DNA from: Cupriavidus necator
Lineage (GTDB): Bacteria > Pseudomonadota > Gammaproteobacteria > Burkholderiales > Burkholderiaceae
Reading direction: 5' to 3'
DNA: 32,000 bases
Assembly: GCF_016127575.1 (NCBI RefSeq)
Contig: NZ_CP066018.1
Location: 3,210,001-3,242,000, forward strand
Part shown: in pieces, positions 7,105 to 15,106 of the stretch
How positions within the stretch are numbered: the stretch's first letter is position 1
Layout: every line of letters begins with the position of its first letter
Notes under the pieces: model-generated
Database searches by the model: none
What the model saw: the letters and a program-made list of their open reading frames with translations, nothing else
Told to the model about the DNA's origin: nothing
Position numbers and translations under genes: made by a program

Positions 7105-8130
7105 ATGCCAATGGGTTTTCTGCGGTGGTTGCGCTGGCGCAATGCGCAAGTCCATGCGCACGGCAAGCAGGAGATTGCCGAGCTGACCGAGCGCGTGACC
7201 CGGATCTATCCGCGCTTGCGGCTGGTGTCACGCTACCAGCAGCGGCTTCGGCCTGCGCTCGAGCAAGCGCAGGACTACGTGCGCGAACTCGTCCAGGGTC
7301 TTCCCGCGCCGCGGGAAGCCAGCATGCAGGCATGGGGTGACGATCCCTATGTTCACGCCTTCTTCGGCGCGCCGCGTGACGTGCCGCTGGCCTTCAGCCG
7401 CTCTCCTGAACTGCGCGCGTTCTTCGAACAGTCGCCCGATGCGCCGCAGGCGTTTGCGGTGCTGGGGATGGCGATGACCGAGCGGCGCACGCTCGGGGTT
7501 GCGCTGGAAGGGGATGTCATGCGCACGGAAGTGCCGCAAACCACCGTCAGTTTCGGCGATCACAAGGTCAGGATCATCGCTCGCAGCGAGGCCGCGCTGC
7601 GCGAGGAAATTGTCCGGCGCATGTTCGATCAGTTCAGCATGGAGGGTCTCGCCCGTTTCGCTGCCGGCAAGTCACGCCGCGACGTGCTCGCGCGCGAGCA
7701 GGCGCTGCTGGTGGCGCGCCTGCGCCTGCTCCAGCAGCAAGGCACCGGCATGCGTTCGGTGCTCGGCGGCGATGCCGACGCAAGTCCCGGCGAGCAGGCC
7801 GCCCTGGGCGGGCAGATTGCCGCGAACGAGCAGGAACTTGCGCAGCTCGGCCCCGAAACCGGGGCGCTTGACCGTCAACTGGAATGCCTGGCCGAGGTCC
7901 TGGCGGACGCACGCTCCTGCTTTTCCATCGAGCAAAGACACTTGCGGCTTAGTGCCATGAACGTGCTGCTCGCGGCGGACAGCGCGGGGCCGGCATACGA
8001 CATCGACCTGCTCACTGCCCACGTCCCGGGCGATCCTCCACTGGTGCGATCCATCGCACTGGTGCGGTTCGCGCGTGGCGACATGCTGTCGCCGACCGCC
8101 CTGATCGAGGAGGCGGAGCGGCTGCTGTGA
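7105..8130 (+). CDS. Hypothetical cytoplasmic protein, 341 aa, no recognisable domain, with a central coiled-coil-like segment
   Basis: Long ORF with strongly biased GC3, lying 23 nt after the upstream stop (operon-like). ATG 7111 has better spacing to GGGAG than ATG 7105. No TM segment or signal peptide. Leu/Gln/Ala/Arg heptad-like stretch LLVARLRLLQQQG...ANEQELAQLG...LDRQLECLAEVL. Confidence 0.7.
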   Translation: MPMGFLRWLRWRNAQVHAHGKQEIAELTERVTRIYPRLRLVSRYQQRLRPALEQAQDYVRELVQGLPAPREASMQAWGDDPYVHAFFGAPRDVPLAFSRSPELRAFFEQSPDAPQAFAVLGMAMTERRTLGVALEGDVMRTEVPQTTVSFGDHKVRIIARSEAALREEIVRRMFDQFSMEGLARFAAGKSRRDVLAREQALLVARLRLLQQQGTGMRSVLGGDADASPGEQAALGGQIAANEQELAQLGPETGALDRQLECLAEVLADARSCFSIEQRHLRLSAMNVLLAADSAGPAYDIDLLTAHVPGDPPLVRSIALVRFARGDMLSPTALIEEAERLL

Positions 8131-9066
8131 CAGCGGGGATGGTGGCGCGCCAGGCAGTGGAGAGCGGCGCGGTGGAATGCGCGCTGGCGCTGGGCTTCGA
8201 GTTCATGCAGCCGGGCCCGCTGAAGAGCGCGTGGACTGACCGCGAGGCGGCCATGGTCGAGTTCACCAACATCGCCGCCCCGATGGTGCAGGATGCGGTC
8301 GAGGCCGGCGTGCCCGCGCGCGCTGACGCTGTTCGGCGGCGCCGGCCGCGAGCACATGCAGCGCTACGGCACCAGGCTGGAGACCTTCGCCAGGATCCGC
8401 GCCAAGGCCAGCCGCCACGCTGCCAACAACCCGCTGGCCGTGTTCCGCACCGTCGTCACGGAAGCAGACGTGATGGCCGAGAAGGTGATGTGGCCCGGCG
8501 TGATGACCCGCTCGATGGCCTGCCCGCCGACCTGCGGCGCCGCCGCTGCCATTGTCTGCACCGAAGCCTTCGCGAACAAGCACAACCTGCGCACCGACGT
8601 GCGCATCCTGGCCCAGTCGCTGACCACCGACGTGGCCCCGAGCTTCGAGCCGCCTTCGATGATCGGCCTGGTGGGCTTCCATATGGCCGAGGCGGGCGCG
8701 CAGGCCGTGTACGAGCAGGCCGGCGTCGGCCCGTCGGATATCCAGGTCTGCGAACTGCACGATTGCTTCGCGCAGAACGAGCTGCTGAGCTATGAGTCGC
8801 TGGGCTTCGCCAGGGCCGGCGAGGCCGAGAGGATGGTGCGGGACGGTGACAACACCTACGGCGGCAAGGTCGTGGTCAACCCGTCAGGTGGGCTGCTGTC
8901 CAAGGGCCACCCGCTGGGCGCCACCGGCCTCGCGCAGTGCTACGAGCTGACTCGCCAGATCCGCGGCAGCGCCGGTCCGACGCAGGTGGAAGGCGCGCAG
9001 CTGGCGCTGCAGCACAACCTCGGCCTGGGCGGCGCCTGCGTGGTGACGCTGTACGGCCGCGGCTGA
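8127..9066 (+). pseudogene. SCPx/SCP2-type thiolase (lipid-transfer protein) lacking its 5' third and frameshifted
   Basis: It begins just after where the catalytic Cys would be (TAGMVARQAVESGAVECALALGFE). The frame changes near 8310-8325 (AGVPAR / ALTLFGGAGREHMQRYGT). It then continues as IRAKASRHAANNP...MACPPTCGAAAA...ELHDCFAQNELLSYESLGF...NPSGGLLSKGHPLGATGLAQCYEL...GGACVVTLY. Confidence 0.85.
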
Positions 9067-9096
9067 ACCAGATCCCGACAATCCAGAGGAGATCAG

Positions 9097-9543
9097 ATGG
9101 CTGACAAGAGCATGATTGGCATGGACCTCGGCAAAGGCTCCATCGAGGTGGAGAAGGGGCGCCTGCGCTTCTTCGCCAAGGCAACCGGCGAAACGAATCC
9201 GGTCTATATCGACGAAGCCGCCGCGCGCGACGCGGGGCATCGCTCACTGCCGGTGCCGCCGACGTTCTTCATGTGCCTGAACAGCGATGTGTCGGCCGCA
9301 TCGGGCATCGACCGCATGAAGGTGCTGCAAATGGACCTGGGCCGCATCCTGCACGCTGAACAGGCCTTCGACTATCACCGCATGGCCTACGCCGGCGACA
9401 CGCTGCACTTCGACACGACGGTCAGCGACGTCCACGACAAGAGGGGGGGCGCTGCATCTTGTCGTCAACACCACCCGCGTGACCAACCAGGACGGCGAAC
9501 ATGTCGCCGACATGCGCAGCACCCTGGTGGAACGCCGCGGCTG
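9097..9543 (+). pseudogene. MaoC-family dehydratase, N-terminal-type hotdog subunit, frameshifted in a G7 run
   Basis: GAGGAG RBS. The product MADKSMIGMDLGKGSIEVEKGRLRFFAKATGETNPVYIDEAAARDAGHRSLPVPPTF...LHFDTTVSDVHDKRGG then loses frame at GGGGGGG 9443-9449. The shifted frame continues ALHLVVNTTRVTNQDGEHVADMRSTLVERRG to the stop at 9541-9543. Confidence 0.75.
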
Positions 9544-9567
9544 ATCGCGCACAAGGAGAACAGAACC

Positions 9568-9611
9568 ATGCAAGCCCCCCCGTTTCGCCGACGTGAAGGT
9601 TGGCGACAAGC
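9568..9611 (+). pseudogene. First ~15 codons of the partner MaoC dehydratase subunit, with a frameshift in a C7 run and then deleted
   Basis: AAGGAGA RBS and ATG 9568. After correcting one C in CCCCCCC 9575-9581 it reads MQAPRFADVKVGDKLP, the usual start of MaoC C-type subunits. The gene ends abruptly at about 9611. Confidence 0.55.
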
Positions 9612-9728
9612 TGCCGAGAACGCATTGCCGGCTACAAGGTCCCCCGCAGCGTTGAATTCGTGGAGGCGTTGCCTTTGTCGAGCGTCGGCAAGGTGCTCAA
9701 GCACGAACTTCGCAAGCAACACTGGAAG
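9612..9728 (+). pseudogene. C-terminal ~39 codons of an AMP-dependent acyl-CoA ligase, fused to the preceding remnant
   Basis: CRERIAGYKVPRSVEFVEALPLSSVGKVLKHELRKQHWK is the conserved A10 motif tail (PxxxxGK) of adenylate-forming ligases. No upstream ligase sequence is present. Confidence 0.7.
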
Positions 9729-9755
9729 TCGGCGTTTGCTGGCATGCAGCCTTGC

Positions 9756-10580
9756 TCAAGCTTGCATGCTGACCGCTGCTTCACGCTGCGTGGGCACCAC
9801 GACCGGGTTCAGGAATGCCGGCGCCAGGCCAGTCAACTGTTCCGCGGCCGCTCGCAAGGGCGGCAGGAAGCGCTTCACCGCTTCCTCCCTCGTGACTTCG
9901 CCCGAGGGCAGGTTGACGCTGATCGATGCCACCACGTTGTGGTGTTCGTCGCGTACCGGTACGGCGAGGCCTGCGATGTGCTGGTCGAATTCTCCATCCA
10001 CCCACGCATAGCCATCGCGGCGCACGGCAGCGAACGCTTCAAGCAATGCTGCCTTGTCGTGCACGGTGCGGTCCGTGTAGGCGCGCAGGGAGGCCTCGTC
10101 GAGAAACTGCGAGAGAAATTCCGTGGTCTGGAAGCCCAGCACCGCCCGGCCTGGTGCTGTGGCGAAGGCCGGCACATGGCTGCCCACGCCAAGCCCCAGT
10201 GAGCGGATCTTCAGCGACGGAATGCGCAGGACATATACCGCATCGTGCCCGTCGAACACACACATGCCGCACGACTCGGTGACCTGCGTCCACAGGGTTT
10301 CCAGCGCGCGTTGCGCGTGCCCCCAGAAGGGCAGCGAGGTCAGGTAGGTCATGCCGAGGGTAAGGATCTTCGGGGTCAGGCGAAAACCCCGCGTTTCGGA
10401 TTCCGCCGCATAGCCCAGCTCGCACAGCGTGAGCAGGATCCGCCGCACCACGGTCCGCGGCAGGCCAGTGGATGCCGTGATGCTGGCAACGGTGTGCGTG
10501 CCGCTGCGCCCGAGCGCGTGGATAACGGCCAGTCCGCGGGCAAAAGAGCGTACGAAGCCATCGTTGTCGGTAGTAGTCAT
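9756..10580 (-). CDS. IclR-family transcriptional regulator (PcaR/PobR-like)
   Basis: ATG 10580. The product MTTTDNDGFVRSFARGLAVIHALGRSGTHTVASITASTGLPRTVVRRILLTLCELGY is a wHTH domain, followed by an IclR effector domain (RAYTDRTV...DGYAWVDGEFDQHIAGLAVPVRD). The 421-aa track ORF extends through the intergenic region and is rejected. Confidence 0.9.
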   Translation of the reverse strand: MTTTDNDGFVRSFARGLAVIHALGRSGTHTVASITASTGLPRTVVRRILLTLCELGYAAESETRGFRLTPKILTLGMTYLTSLPFWGHAQRALETLWTQVTESCGMCVFDGHDAVYVLRIPSLKIRSLGLGVGSHVPAFATAPGRAVLGFQTTEFLSQFLDEASLRAYTDRTVHDKAALLEAFAAVRRDGYAWVDGEFDQHIAGLAVPVRDEHHNVVASISVNLPSGEVTREEAVKRFLPPLRAAAEQLTGLAPAFLNPVVVPTQREAAVSMQA

Positions 10581-10604
10581 GTCTGTACGAGGTCTGATTT
10601 CAGG

Positions 10605-10634
10605 TTGACATTGTAGCAAGGCCGGACGTAAAGT
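10605..10634 (+). promoter_or_regulatory. Candidate sigma70 promoter of the Bug-led operon (TTGACA-18 nt-TAAAGT)
   Basis: Consensus -35 at 10605-10610 and TAAAGT at 10629-10634, in the 124-bp AT-enriched divergent region. Confidence 0.45.
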
Positions 10635-10664
10635 TCGAAAAAACGGGCGGTAATGACCGCTAGG

Positions 10665-10680
10665 CGGACATAAGTGTCCG
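10665..10680. promoter_or_regulatory. Perfect palindrome CGGACA-taag-TGTCCG, candidate operator or 5'-UTR hairpin
   Basis: Arms at 10665-10670 and 10675-10680, downstream of the predicted -10. A further CGGAC half-site lies at 10623-10627. Confidence 0.35.
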
Positions 10681-10704
10681 AAAAAAATTAAACAGGAGAC
10701 AACC

Positions 10705-11691
10705 ATGAAGCGGCGTTTTCTTTGCCAGGCGCTAGCCTGCCTCGCTGTCGTGTCCACCTCGGGCCTTGCATTCGCCAGCCCGTCCCCCGAGACCTTCCAG
10801 GCCAAGCGTCCTTTGCGCCTGATCGCGCCAAGTTCGCCCGGCGGCATCCTTGACCTGACCAGCCGCCTGCTCGGCAAGACGCTGTCTGAGCAGCTGGGGC
10901 AGCCCGTCGTCGTGGAGAACCTGCCTGGCGCGGGCGGCGTGATCGGGATGCAGGCCATGCTGCGCGCGGAACCGGACGGCCACACGCTGGTGATGGGCAG
11001 CCTTGGCCCCAATGCGGCCAACTACGCATTGCACGACAAGCTGCCTTACAAGTTCGAGGACTTTGCACCGGTGGCGCATGTGCTGACGATGCCGGACGTC
11101 GTGGTGGTCAACCCGAAACTGCCGGTCAAGACCATTGCCGAGCTGGCGGCCTATGCCAGGACGCGCCCCAACGGCTTGTCCATGGCGGTGTCGACGAGCG
11201 GTTCTTCCGGCCATCTCGCCGGGGACCTGCTGAAGCAGCGCGCCGGCATTACCGCCGTCGACGTGATCTATCGGGGCGCATCGCCGGCGCTGACCGACCT
11301 GGTGGCGGGGCAAGTCGATTTCATGGTGGACAACCTCATCACCGCATTGCCGCTGGTGCGAGCCGGCAAGCTGCGCGCGCTTGCGGTCACGACAAGGCAG
11401 CGTGCCCCGGAACTCCCGGATACGCCGACCATGGCCGAATCCGGTTACCGCGACTTCGACGTTTCGGTCTGGCTCGGCCTCTTTGTCTCGTCCAGAACGC
11501 CGCCCGCGGTGGTGCAGGCGTTGAATGTTGCCGTCAACAAGGCGCTGGCCGATCCTGCTCTGCGCGAGAAGCTGGCGCAGCAGGGCGGTACGGCCGCGGG
11601 CGGGTCGACGCGGCAGTTCGACAGCTTCGTGCGCGCCGAAAAAGCCCGCTGGGAGCAGGTCATCAAGGACGGCAACATCAAGCCCGAGTAA
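10705..11691 (+). CDS. Bug/TctC-family TTT substrate-binding protein
   Basis: AGGAGA RBS and signal MKRRFLCQALACLAVVSTSGLAFA. Contains PLRLIAPSSPGGILDLTSR and YRGASPALTDLVAGQVDF. Confidence 0.9.
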   Translation: MKRRFLCQALACLAVVSTSGLAFASPSPETFQAKRPLRLIAPSSPGGILDLTSRLLGKTLSEQLGQPVVVENLPGAGGVIGMQAMLRAEPDGHTLVMGSLGPNAANYALHDKLPYKFEDFAPVAHVLTMPDVVVVNPKLPVKTIAELAAYARTRPNGLSMAVSTSGSSGHLAGDLLKQRAGITAVDVIYRGASPALTDLVAGQVDFMVDNLITALPLVRAGKLRALAVTTRQRAPELPDTPTMAESGYRDFDVSVWLGLFVSSRTPPAVVQALNVAVNKALADPALREKLAQQGGTAAGGSTRQFDSFVRAEKARWEQVIKDGNIKPE

Positions 11692-11731
11692 GCGCGAACA
11701 AATTCATCACTCTCTTCTTGCAGACAACGCC

Positions 11732-12646
11732 ATGCAAAACAATTTCAAGGACAAGGTCATCCTCGTCACCGGAGCCGGCAATGGCATCGGCCGTGCCATT
11801 GCCATGCTGCTCGGCGCGCAGGGCGCCAGGGTGGTCGTCAACGACCTGGGCTCCAGCGGCAGCGGCGAGGGCAGTGATGCCGGACCAGCCCAGAAGGTGG
11901 TTGACGAGATCCGCGCAGCCGGCGGGAAGGCTGTGGCGAACACCGATTCGGTCGCGACTGCGGAGAGCGCGCAGGCCATTGTCGATACCGCCATCCGCGA
12001 GTTCGGCCGCATCGATGGCGTGATCAACAACGCCGGCATCCTGCGCGACCGCATCTTCCACAAGATGAGCACCGCTGAATGGCAGGCGGTACTGGATGTG
12101 CACCTGAACGGCGCTTACTTTGTCAGCCGTGCCGCGGCGCCTTATTTCAAGGAACAGCAAGGCGGCACCTACGTCCACATGACCTCCACCACCGGCCTGG
12201 TCGGCAATTTCGGGCAGGCCAATTACGCCGCCGCCAAGCTTGGCATCGTGGCGCTGTCGAAATCCATCGCGCTGGACATGGCCCGCTTCAATGTCCGTTC
12301 CAACTGTATTGCCCCGTTCGCATGGAGCCGCCTGATCGGCACGCTGCCCAGCGAAACCGAGGCCGAGAAGAAGCGCCTTGAGCGGATGCAGGCGATGAAG
12401 CCGGAGCAGGTTGCCCCGGTTGCCGCGTTCCTGTCTGGCGATGATTCGGCGGACGTCAATGGCCAGGTGCTGGCCGTGCGCGGCAATGAGCTGATCGTCA
12501 TGAGCCAGCCGCGCCCGGTGGCGTCGGTGCATCGCGCCGAAGGCTGGACGCTGGAGACGCTGGCGGAGCATGCCGTGCCGGCGGTGAAGCGCGCTTTCAC
12601 GCCGCTGGAGCGCTCGCCCGAGGTGTTTTCCTGGGACCCGATCTGA
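11732..12646 (+). CDS. SDR-family (R)-3-hydroxyacyl-CoA dehydrogenase, MFE-2 (HSD17B4) dehydrogenase-domain type
   Basis: KVILVTGAGNGIGRA...VVVNDLGSSGSGEGSDAGPAQKVVDEIRAAGGKAVANTDSV...NNAGILRDRIF...NFGQANYAAAKLGI match the MFE-2 N-terminal domain nearly motif for motif. The track start at 11525 overlaps the upstream gene and is rejected. Confidence 0.85.
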   Translation: MQNNFKDKVILVTGAGNGIGRAIAMLLGAQGARVVVNDLGSSGSGEGSDAGPAQKVVDEIRAAGGKAVANTDSVATAESAQAIVDTAIREFGRIDGVINNAGILRDRIFHKMSTAEWQAVLDVHLNGAYFVSRAAAPYFKEQQGGTYVHMTSTTGLVGNFGQANYAAAKLGIVALSKSIALDMARFNVRSNCIAPFAWSRLIGTLPSETEAEKKRLERMQAMKPEQVAPVAAFLSGDDSADVNGQVLAVRGNELIVMSQPRPVASVHRAEGWTLETLAEHAVPAVKRAFTPLERSPEVFSWDPI

Positions 12647-12664
12647 GAACGGAGGTACGCAGCG

Positions 12665-13537
12665 ATGGCCATCGACTATCACCGCCTGCGCTCGTGGGCG
12701 TTCTTTGACCAGGTTTCCAGCTATGCGGCGAATGACAACATTCGCTATGCGCTGAGCCTCGGCTTTGGCACCGATCCGATGGACGAGGCGGACTTGCCCT
12801 TTGTCTTTGAGGAAGGACTGAGCGTGGTGCCCACCTTCCTCGCCACCGTCGGCGCGCCAGGTGCATGGGCAAGCGACCCGGGTACGGGCATCGACTGGAT
12901 GCAGATCCTGCACGGCGAGCACCGGATGCGCTTTTTTTCAGTGCCCGCGGCGTCTGGCGCGGTACGCAGCCAGACGCGCGTCAGCCGCGTGGTGGACAAG
13001 GGCGCCGGCAAGGGCGCGCTGGTGGTCACTGAGCGGCGCATCGAGGACCAGGCCAGCGGCGAGTTGCTGGCGACCGTCGAGCATGTGTCGTTCTGCCGGG
13101 CTGATGGTGGCTTTGCCTGCGCCGCCACGCCCGGCGATGCACCGCTCGAGCCATTGCCGGCGGTGCCGGAGCGCGCGCCTGACATGATCATGTCGATGCC
13201 GACCCAGCCTTCCGCGGCCTTGCTGTACCGCCTCAATGGCGATCGCAATCCCATCCACGCACTGCCCGCCGCCGCCCGGCAGGCCGGCTTCGAGCGGCCG
13301 ATCCTGCATGGCCTTTGCACTTACGGCATGGCATGCCGGGCGCTGCTGAAGCAGGCTTGCGGTGGCGATCCGTCGCGCCTGGCCAGCCTTTCGGTGCGCT
13401 TTTCATCGCCATTCGTGCCTGGTGAAACGCTGCGCGTGGAGATGTGGCGCGGCGAAGGGCAGGTCCGGTTCCGTGCGCTCGCAGACGAGCGCAATGTGGT
13501 CGTGCTGAGCCACGGCGTCGCCGACCTGCATCCGTAA
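12665..13537 (+). CDS. Double-hotdog (R)-specific enoyl-CoA hydratase, MFE-2 hydratase-2 type (MaoC family)
   Basis: ACGGAGG RBS. Carries the hydratase-2 motif LYRLNGDRNPIHALPAAARQAGFERPILHGLCTYG. The overall layout parallels the HSD17B4 hydratase domain (IRYALSLG...FVFE...PTF...ILHGEH). Confidence 0.85.
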   Translation: MAIDYHRLRSWAFFDQVSSYAANDNIRYALSLGFGTDPMDEADLPFVFEEGLSVVPTFLATVGAPGAWASDPGTGIDWMQILHGEHRMRFFSVPAASGAVRSQTRVSRVVDKGAGKGALVVTERRIEDQASGELLATVEHVSFCRADGGFACAATPGDAPLEPLPAVPERAPDMIMSMPTQPSAALLYRLNGDRNPIHALPAAARQAGFERPILHGLCTYGMACRALLKQACGGDPSRLASLSVRFSSPFVPGETLRVEMWRGEGQVRFRALADERNVVVLSHGVADLHP

Positions 13538-13550
13538 TCAAGGAGTCAAG

Positions 13551-15092
13551 ATGTCCGTGATCGAGCAATTCGCCCGTGCCACGCCCGACCGGGTTGCCTA
13601 CCGCATGGTGCCGTCCGGCCAGGCGGTGACGTGGGCCGAACTGGAGCAGCGTTCGCGACAGTGCGCTGCCGCACTGCTGGCTGCCGGTCTGCGCGAGGGC
13701 GACGGCATTGCCGTGCTGCTGGAGAACCATGTCCGCTATTTCGAGATCCTTTGGGCCGCGCACCGGATCGGCTTGTACTACACCACGATCAGCCGTCACC
13801 TGAAAGCCGACGAGGTGGAGTACATCGTGCAGGACTGTGGCGCCCGGGTACTGTTCTGCTCGGCGCAGACCCTTGGCGACCTTGCGCCCGGCGCCCTGGC
13901 ATCGCTTCGGGTCACGCGGGTGCTTCTGGATGGGAGCGAGCCGGGCTACAGCAACTATGAAGCGTGGCTGGAGCAGATGCCGGCCGATGTCACGTTGCCG
14001 CGCACGGTGGAGGGAACTGACTTCTCATATTCTTCCGGCACCACGGGCAGGCCCAAGGGCATCAAGCGTCCACTGCAAGGCGCCAACGCTTTTTTCCGCA
14101 CCGGTGATGACGCTCGCCTGGGCTGGAAGTCGCTGGACCGCGATACGGTCTACCTGTCGACCGCGCCGTTCTATCACACTGCCCCGGTGCGCTGGAACAT
14201 GGCCACGATGCGCGCCGGAGGCACCTCGGTCATGATGGAAAAGTTCGAGCCGCTGGCGGCGCTGGATGCGATCGCGCGCTACGGCGTGACCCATAGCCAG
14301 TGGGTGCCGACCATGTTCGTGCGCTTGCTGCGGCTGACTGCGGCGGAGCGCGAGCGCTTCGACCTGTCCACCATGCGCTATGCGATCCACGCCGCCGCGC
14401 CGTGTCCGATCTCAGTCAAGCAGCAGATGATCGACTGGTGGGGGCCGATCCTCTATGAGTTCTACAGCGGCACCGAACTGGTCGGGCGCACCTCGCTGGA
14501 CTCCGTGGAATGGCTCGCGCACAAGGGGTCGGTCGGACGGCCCGAGTTCGGGCAGGTACACATCGTCGGCGACGATGGCAATGAAGTGCCGCAGGGCCAG
14601 ACCGGCGTGGTCTACTTCTCCGGCGGCGGGACCTTTGCTTACCACAATGATCCGGAGAAAACCCGGCAGGTCTATAACGACCGTGGGTGGGCCACCTATG
14701 GGGACGTCGGCTACGTCGATGCCGACGGCTTCCTTTACCTCACGGACCGCCTTGCCAACACCATTGTCTCTGGCGGCGTCAATATCTATCCGCAGGAATC
14801 CGAGAACGTGCTGATGAGCCATCCGGCGGTCTTCGACGTGGCGGTGGTCGGCGTGCCGAATACCGAGTTCGGCGAGGAAGTGAAGGCGGTGGTCCAGTTG
14901 CACGAGCCTGAGCGGGCGTCGCCGGTCCTGGCCGAAGAACTGATCGCGCTTTGCCGCAGCAGGATCTCCCCGATCAAATGCCCGCGCTCGGTCGACTTCG
15001 TCGCGGCGCTGCCGCGCACCGAAACCGGCAAGCTGCTCAAGCGCGCCGTCAAGGCCAGCTACTGGCCAACCGAAAACCGAATCGCGCATTGA
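13551..15092 (+). CDS. Acyl-CoA synthetase (AMP-forming, adenylate-forming superfamily)
   Basis: AAGGAG RBS. Contains the FSYSSGTTGRPKGI AMP-binding motif, YGDVGYVDADGFLYLTDR, and PRTETGKLLKR at the C-terminus. Confidence 0.9.
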   Translation: MSVIEQFARATPDRVAYRMVPSGQAVTWAELEQRSRQCAAALLAAGLREGDGIAVLLENHVRYFEILWAAHRIGLYYTTISRHLKADEVEYIVQDCGARVLFCSAQTLGDLAPGALASLRVTRVLLDGSEPGYSNYEAWLEQMPADVTLPRTVEGTDFSYSSGTTGRPKGIKRPLQGANAFFRTGDDARLGWKSLDRDTVYLSTAPFYHTAPVRWNMATMRAGGTSVMMEKFEPLAALDAIARYGVTHSQWVPTMFVRLLRLTAAERERFDLSTMRYAIHAAAPCPISVKQQMIDWWGPILYEFYSGTELVGRTSLDSVEWLAHKGSVGRPEFGQVHIVGDDGNEVPQGQTGVVYFSGGGTFAYHNDPEKTRQVYNDRGWATYGDVGYVDADGFLYLTDRLANTIVSGGVNIYPQESENVLMSHPAVFDVAVVGVPNTEFGEEVKAVVQLHEPERASPVLAEELIALCRSRISPIKCPRSVDFVAALPRTETGKLLKRAVKASYWPTENRIAH

Positions 15093-15106
15093 GCGCAACT
15101 GATGCC

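Noticed and set aside
9742-9769. Hairpin GCATGCA-N14-TGCATGC at the junction of the ligase remnant and the IclR 3' end.
   Set aside because: It overlaps the IclR stop codon and coding sequence, has a long loop and no T-tract, so it is probably incidental.
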